DNA from: the human T2T-CHM13v2.0 reference genome, Homo sapiens
Length of the DNA: 64,000 nucleotides
Strand: one strand, 5' to 3'
NCBI RefSeq assembly: GCF_009914755.1
Contig: NC_060937.1
The notes under the pieces are model-generated. The model was given only the letters and a program-made list of their open reading frames with translations, ran no database searches and had not been told where the DNA came from. Made by a program: the position numbers and the translations under genes. Positions 59,272 through 64,000 of the stretch are shown here, in pieces (positions within the stretch are counted from its first letter, which is position 1; the number at the start of each line of letters is the position of its first letter).

Positions 59272-60002
59272 TAGATGCTCCTGGACTTACGATGGCAATA
59301 CATACCACAATTCCATTGTAAATTTAAAATATCCTAAGCTGAAAATGCACTTAATACACCTAACCTACTAAACTTCCTGAAAATCATAGGTTCCCAATTC
59401 CCAGGCCACAGACTGGTACTGATGGGTGGCCTGTTAAGAACTGGGCCTCACAGCAGGAATTGAGTAGCAGGCGAGTGAGCATTACTGCCTGAGCTCCGCC
59501 TCCTGTCAGATCAGCAGCGGCATTAGATTCTCATAGGAGAGCAATCCCTTCTGTGAACTGTGCATGTAAGGAATCTAGGTTGCGTGTTTCTTACCAGAAT
59601 CTAACCAATGCCTGATGATCTAAGGTGGAACAGTTTCATCCTGAAACTATATCTCCCTGCCCATCCCTGTCTGTAGAAAAATTGCCCTCCATGAAACTGG
59701 TCACTGGTGCCAAAAAGGTTGGGAACTGCTGCTGAAAATCGTAGCTTAGCCTAACTTACCTTAAATGCGCCCAGAACATTTACATTAGCCTACAGTTGAG
59801 CAAAATCATCTGGGAACCTAGTACGCTGTAGAGTATCAGTTGTTTACCTTGGTGATTGCATAGCTGACTGGGAACAGTTGCTTACTAAGATTGCCCAGCA
59901 AGGCAAGACAGTATGCTACTGCTTTCTACAAATGCATATCACTTTCACACCATCGTAAAGTCGAAAATGAAAGTTAAACCATCATAAGTTAGGGACTATC
60001 TG
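59272..60002. mobile_element. MER47B-like Tigger MITE
   Basis: Ends tagatgctcctggacttacgatgg and ccatcataagttagggactatctg; TA at left; acattagcctacagttgagcaaaatcatc. Confidence 0.8.
59385..59731. mobile_element. MER1B hAT-Charlie MITE
   Basis: ctcctgtcagatcagcagcggcattagattctcatagg...gtgccaaaaaggttgggaactgctg; perfect 8-bp TSD ctgaaaat at 59377-59384 and 59732-59739. Confidence 0.93.
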
Positions 60003-61491
60003 TGTTTAGTGGTGAAATATCTTGATGTCTGTAATTTAATGTGTGTACTCCAACAACAATAAAATAGATAGAGAAGTGTGGCAAAATGTTAACAGCTGTT
60101 AAATCAAGGTGATGCGTATATGGTATTTATTTTACTATTCTCTTTCTCTTTGTTTAAACATTTCCATAATAATTTTAAAATTCTATTATTTGTTGAACTC
60201 ATATGCTCTGTAACTTTGTCCTTTTTAAAAATATTGTATTTGTTCATAAAGGTAATATGCTCATAAATAATAATAGAGGAAAGTAAATACTATTGACCTA
60301 TCACTCATAGAGAACTCTGGTCAATAGCATTTATCTTTACAGACTTTTTTCTGTGCTTATTTGTTTTATTTTTTTGTGAACAAATCATAACAATTTTTGT
60401 GATACACTCCCTGTCAATATCATTAATATGTTCCATTAAACCCCTTTATAAATGTTCTGGAACATGAACAGAGAAATTTTCAGGAGTAGGATTGTTGGCT
60501 CAAATTGTATATGTATTTATAATTGTAACTGATGCTGCTAGATATATTTCTAGGAATGTTATAATGTTACCTATACCCATTACTGATCTTTAAGGAGGAA
60601 AATATTTTACCCAGGCCTAATGCAACTTTTTAGTTGTAAGGAAATTCAGTACTGTAAATGCTTTAGGCTTCTCTCTGATCTCTTGCTGAATCCCCCCAAG
60701 GAAAAAAGGAATGATATAATCTTATTGCTGAGATGGGATAGAAAGACTGGACATTTAGATTTGAGTCCCTTTCTCTTCCTTTTCATTTTTAATTTGGCTT
60801 ATCTGAAGGGAACAGGTATTTCTATTTTGCCATCATACACTAAGACAGCTTACTTCCATGAGAGAAGCCTGTAATTGTTAGATTTCCTATGAGGTGGTAA
60901 ATAAAATTGCCTATAATGTAAGACACATTAACAGATACCAGCTTTTATCTTTAAGACAAATTATTTTTTATTCTCTATGTACCTATTTCCATGTAAACAG
61001 TCACAGTTCCTTCCTAACTCTGTACTGTAAAAGACAGTGCTATTTATCTGGTTTCTGGAAAACCCCCAATTTCATGTGCATGGGCAATAACATTGATATA
61101 CAGAGAAAAAGTGGAATTTTAGGAGGCAAGCATGAAAAGATGGTGGCTTTTCTCAGAGGCAGAGAAAGTGACTTCAATTATTACTAATTGTCAACTGGAT
61201 ACCCAATGACATAGGGTTTACAAATTTTGGGGTGACTCAAATCTTTGTACAGGATGTTGGCTGTTTGATGTAAATAGAAATGTAGGTGCTGACCTTAAGT
61301 AAAAACTACGGAGCTCCATGAAATAGTCCAGCATAAGGATGGGTGTGAGGAGTTCAGAATTTTTGCCAGACTTGAGCAGAGATTAACTTTGTATGTGCAT
61401 TTGTGTGTTTACATGTGTAACTTGAAAATAGCATAAGTAAACTATTTTTGCTGCAGGGGGTACATAGTACAGTTATATGAACTTTAATATG

Positions 61492-61640
61492 CACTGTCCT
61501 CTCTCTGTATATACAGAGGATTGGTTCCAGGACCTCCATATACCAAAATCCATGAACACAAGTCCCCTAATTGGCCCTGTAAAAACTGAACATACAAAAA
61601 GTCATCCCTCTGTAAAGGCAGTTTTGCATCCCTCCAATAC
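61492..61640. mobile_element. MER2B-like Tigger MITE fragment
   Basis: ggattggttccaggacc...taccaaaatcc...ggccctgtaaaaactg...acaaaaagtc. Confidence 0.7.
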
Positions 61641-62097
61641 CTTTCTGTGCCTGGCTTATTTCCCTTAAATAATGTCCTCCTGGTTACGTATTCTGAATAC
61701 TTAGTCATGTGATTTGCAGTAAAAAACAAGTCTCTACTGTTAAGACTCTACTATTAAGACACAGATGCTCTTGTTGCACTGTTCAGCTGACATTTACCAG
61801 ACTGGGACACTGGTTTCCTGGCAGTAGTAGCTATTGGCTGACTCATGTCTGCCCTCTTCTCTGGAGGATTGCACTTGACTGATGAGAGCCATCTTATGTT
61901 GAGATGATTGGGAGATTAGACTCCTTAGCAAAGCTCCATTGGTCCTGTACTGAAGCCAGTGGCCAACCCATGGGGTCATAGCAGCACAAACCACTACTTT
62001 ATAAGTATAATGGCTTTGTGCCATGATCTACACAGCAGAATTTCTCGGGGAAATACGTGAGGACAGACATCTCCTAAAATCACACTTTTGTTTAGTT

Positions 62098-62200
62098 CAA
62101 GGGTGGGTAAATTTTTCTGTATGGGGACAGATAGTAAATATTTTAGGGTCTGCAAAGCCATATGGTCTCTATTGCAACAACTCAACAATGCTGGTGTAGG
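62098..62200. mobile_element. MER58A 5' half
   Basis: caagggtgggtaaatttttctgtatggggacagatagtaaatattttagg...tatggtctctattgcaacaactcaac. Confidence 0.8.
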
Positions 62201-62224
62201 GACAAAGGAGACAGTAATTAGCAG

Positions 62225-63195
62225 AGTAGGGTACCAGCATAAAGACAGATAAATAGAGCAGAATAGAGCCCAGAATATAACCCATCAATAGAATATCAAG
62301 TGATCTTCTACAAGGGTGCCAAGAAATACAAAATGGAAAGGATAGTCTCTTCAACAAATGTTATTTGGAAAACTGAATATTCACATACAGAAGGTATTTG
62401 GAAAACTGAATATTCACCTACAGAAGAATGAAGTTGACCCTTATATCATGCACAAAAACCAACTCAAGATGGATTAAAGATTTAAATAGAACACCTTTAA
62501 CTCTAAAACTCCGAATAAAACGTAGGTGAAAATCTTCACGACATTGTTATTGGCAATGGTTTTTTGAATAGGACACCAAAATCATGGATAACAAAAGCAA
62601 AAATAGATGAGTGGGACCATAAAAAATAAAAAAACAAAAGTTTTGCACAGCAAAGGAAATAACAGAATGTAAAAGCAATCTATGTAATAGAAAATATTTG
62701 CAAATCATACATCTGATAAAAGGTTAATATACAAAATATATGATAAACTTCTTCAATTCATATTGAAACACCAAATAACTTAATTAGAAAAGGGGTAAAG
62801 GACTTGAATAAATTTCTTTCTTGAGAAGACATACAAATGGCCAACAGGAATATGAAAAAAAATGTTTAATATCACTAACCATCAAGGAAATGTAAATCAA
62901 ACCCACAATGAGATATAACCTCACATCTGCTAGGATGGCCATAATAAAAACAAACAGAGATAATTAGTGTTGGTGAGGATGTAGAGAAATGAGAATCCTG
63001 ATACACTGTTGGGAATGTAGGATGATACAGTCACTGTGAAAAACAATATGAAAGTTTCTAAAAAAATTTTAAAGAGAACTACCATGTGATCCAACAATCT
63101 TACTTCTGGATATTTGTTTGAGGACACTGAAATCAGGATTTTAAATGATTTTCTGATTTTAAAGAAATAGATGCATTCCCATATTCACTGGCATG
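62225..63195 (+). mobile_element. L1MA-type ORF2 C-terminal fragment
   Basis: cagaatagagccca...tctcttcaacaaatg...caaatggccaacagg...gctaggatggcc...gaactaccatgtgatccaac. Confidence 0.88.
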
Positions 63196-63204
63196 TTTCT
63201 CTTG

Positions 63205-63281
63205 AGATCACTCCCTCAATAACTCATTTGTACAAGAATCTCCATCTCACCTCTGTTTCTGGAAATGCTTACCTATGGACA
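63205..63281 (+). mobile_element. LTR16-like ERVL LTR 3' end
   Basis: ctccctcaataactcatttgtacaagaatctccatctcacctctgtttctgg...acctatggaca. Confidence 0.45.
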
Positions 63282-63607
63282 CCATGTGTCCCAAAATATA
63301 TGACATTTTATTTTTGCAATTTAGAAGCTGGAGATTAAAAAAAAAGAAACCTTTATTACCTCTTCAGGCAAACTATTTACTGATTATATATTATTAAATG
63401 TTGTATATGTCAATACATAGCTAATGTTATTGTTTTAATCAGCATTTAATCTCTCCACTTTTTGGCATATGCATTAATTGATGATTATATGTCTTTATTA
63501 ACAGCACATATATAATGTCTCTTTTTAAAAGAAAAATATTTGTAATTATAATAAAAATTAAAAAATGTTCATTATATTATTTTAACTTAGGTGAAAAATG
63601 ATGGTAT

Positions 63608-64000
63608 TGATGTGGTTCAGGACATGCTACCCCAAAATATGGTACTTTGGCATTTGAGAAAACAGTAGAAATAGAAAGCTCTCTCTGACCTTCCCCTCAT
63701 TCTTCTCTGAAGCAGGTCATAAAACCTAGGAAGAATTGTTTTACTTCTCTTAAAGCAAGTCATAAGATCCTTAATTGAGAGGTTCCTTCTGTATACCCAG
63801 AGGAAAGGAGCCTAAGACCCAGAGACTTGACCAAGGAGAGTCTGAACAAATGGGCCTTGCTAAATTCTTCCGTAGTTTACACTTTGTCCAATTATATTTT
63901 CCCATGACTGTCCATTCTTAAACCTAAGCATAAAAATTCACAAGTTTCCTTTTCTTTGGGTCTGAATTTCCTTCTGAAGGCTCTCATGTCATTTAAAACT
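63608..64000 (+). mobile_element. ERV1 LTR (MER34/MER39 group), cut by window end
   Basis: ggttcaggacatgctaccccaaaatatggtactttggcatttgagaaaacag...ttctgaaggctctcatgtc. Confidence 0.7.

Larger units (their letters stand above)
59130..60180 (+). mobile_element. Ancient L1ME/MC 3' UTR hosting nested DNA transposons
   Basis: atactgaagta|...|tttagtggtgaaatatcttgatgtctg rejoins across the insert; gtggcaaaatgttaaca...tttccataata. Confidence 0.6.

Overview
AT-rich (roughly one-third GC by eye) non-coding primate genomic DNA. An AluYb7/Yb8 copy at 42809-43108 points to human. I see no supportable protein-coding gene, tRNA, rRNA or CRISPR array, and every ORF in the track is chance or repeat-derived. 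Much of the window is interspersed repeats: ten Alus plus a FLAM, old L1M/L2/MIR pieces, a near-full-length L1MB lacking its RT core, MaLR and ERV1 solo LTRs, an ERVL-type internal remnant, a full-length decayed Hsmar2 mariner, a Cheshire-type hAT transposase fossil, and nested MITEs. I found no evidence of a new gene-based biological system. The most unusual signal is a recurring set of apparent DNA-repair scars: segments copied from 0.9-1.5 kb away (7113-7395, 15341-15454, 50235-50305) and fold-back palindromes or patchworks (9113-9183, 27256-27295, 50562-50597). There is also a 29-nt tailless U2 snRNA retrocopy with a TSD and an AluYd-lineage copy. Repeat family names are assigned by eye from remembered consensus motifs and need Dfam/RepeatMasker confirmation.
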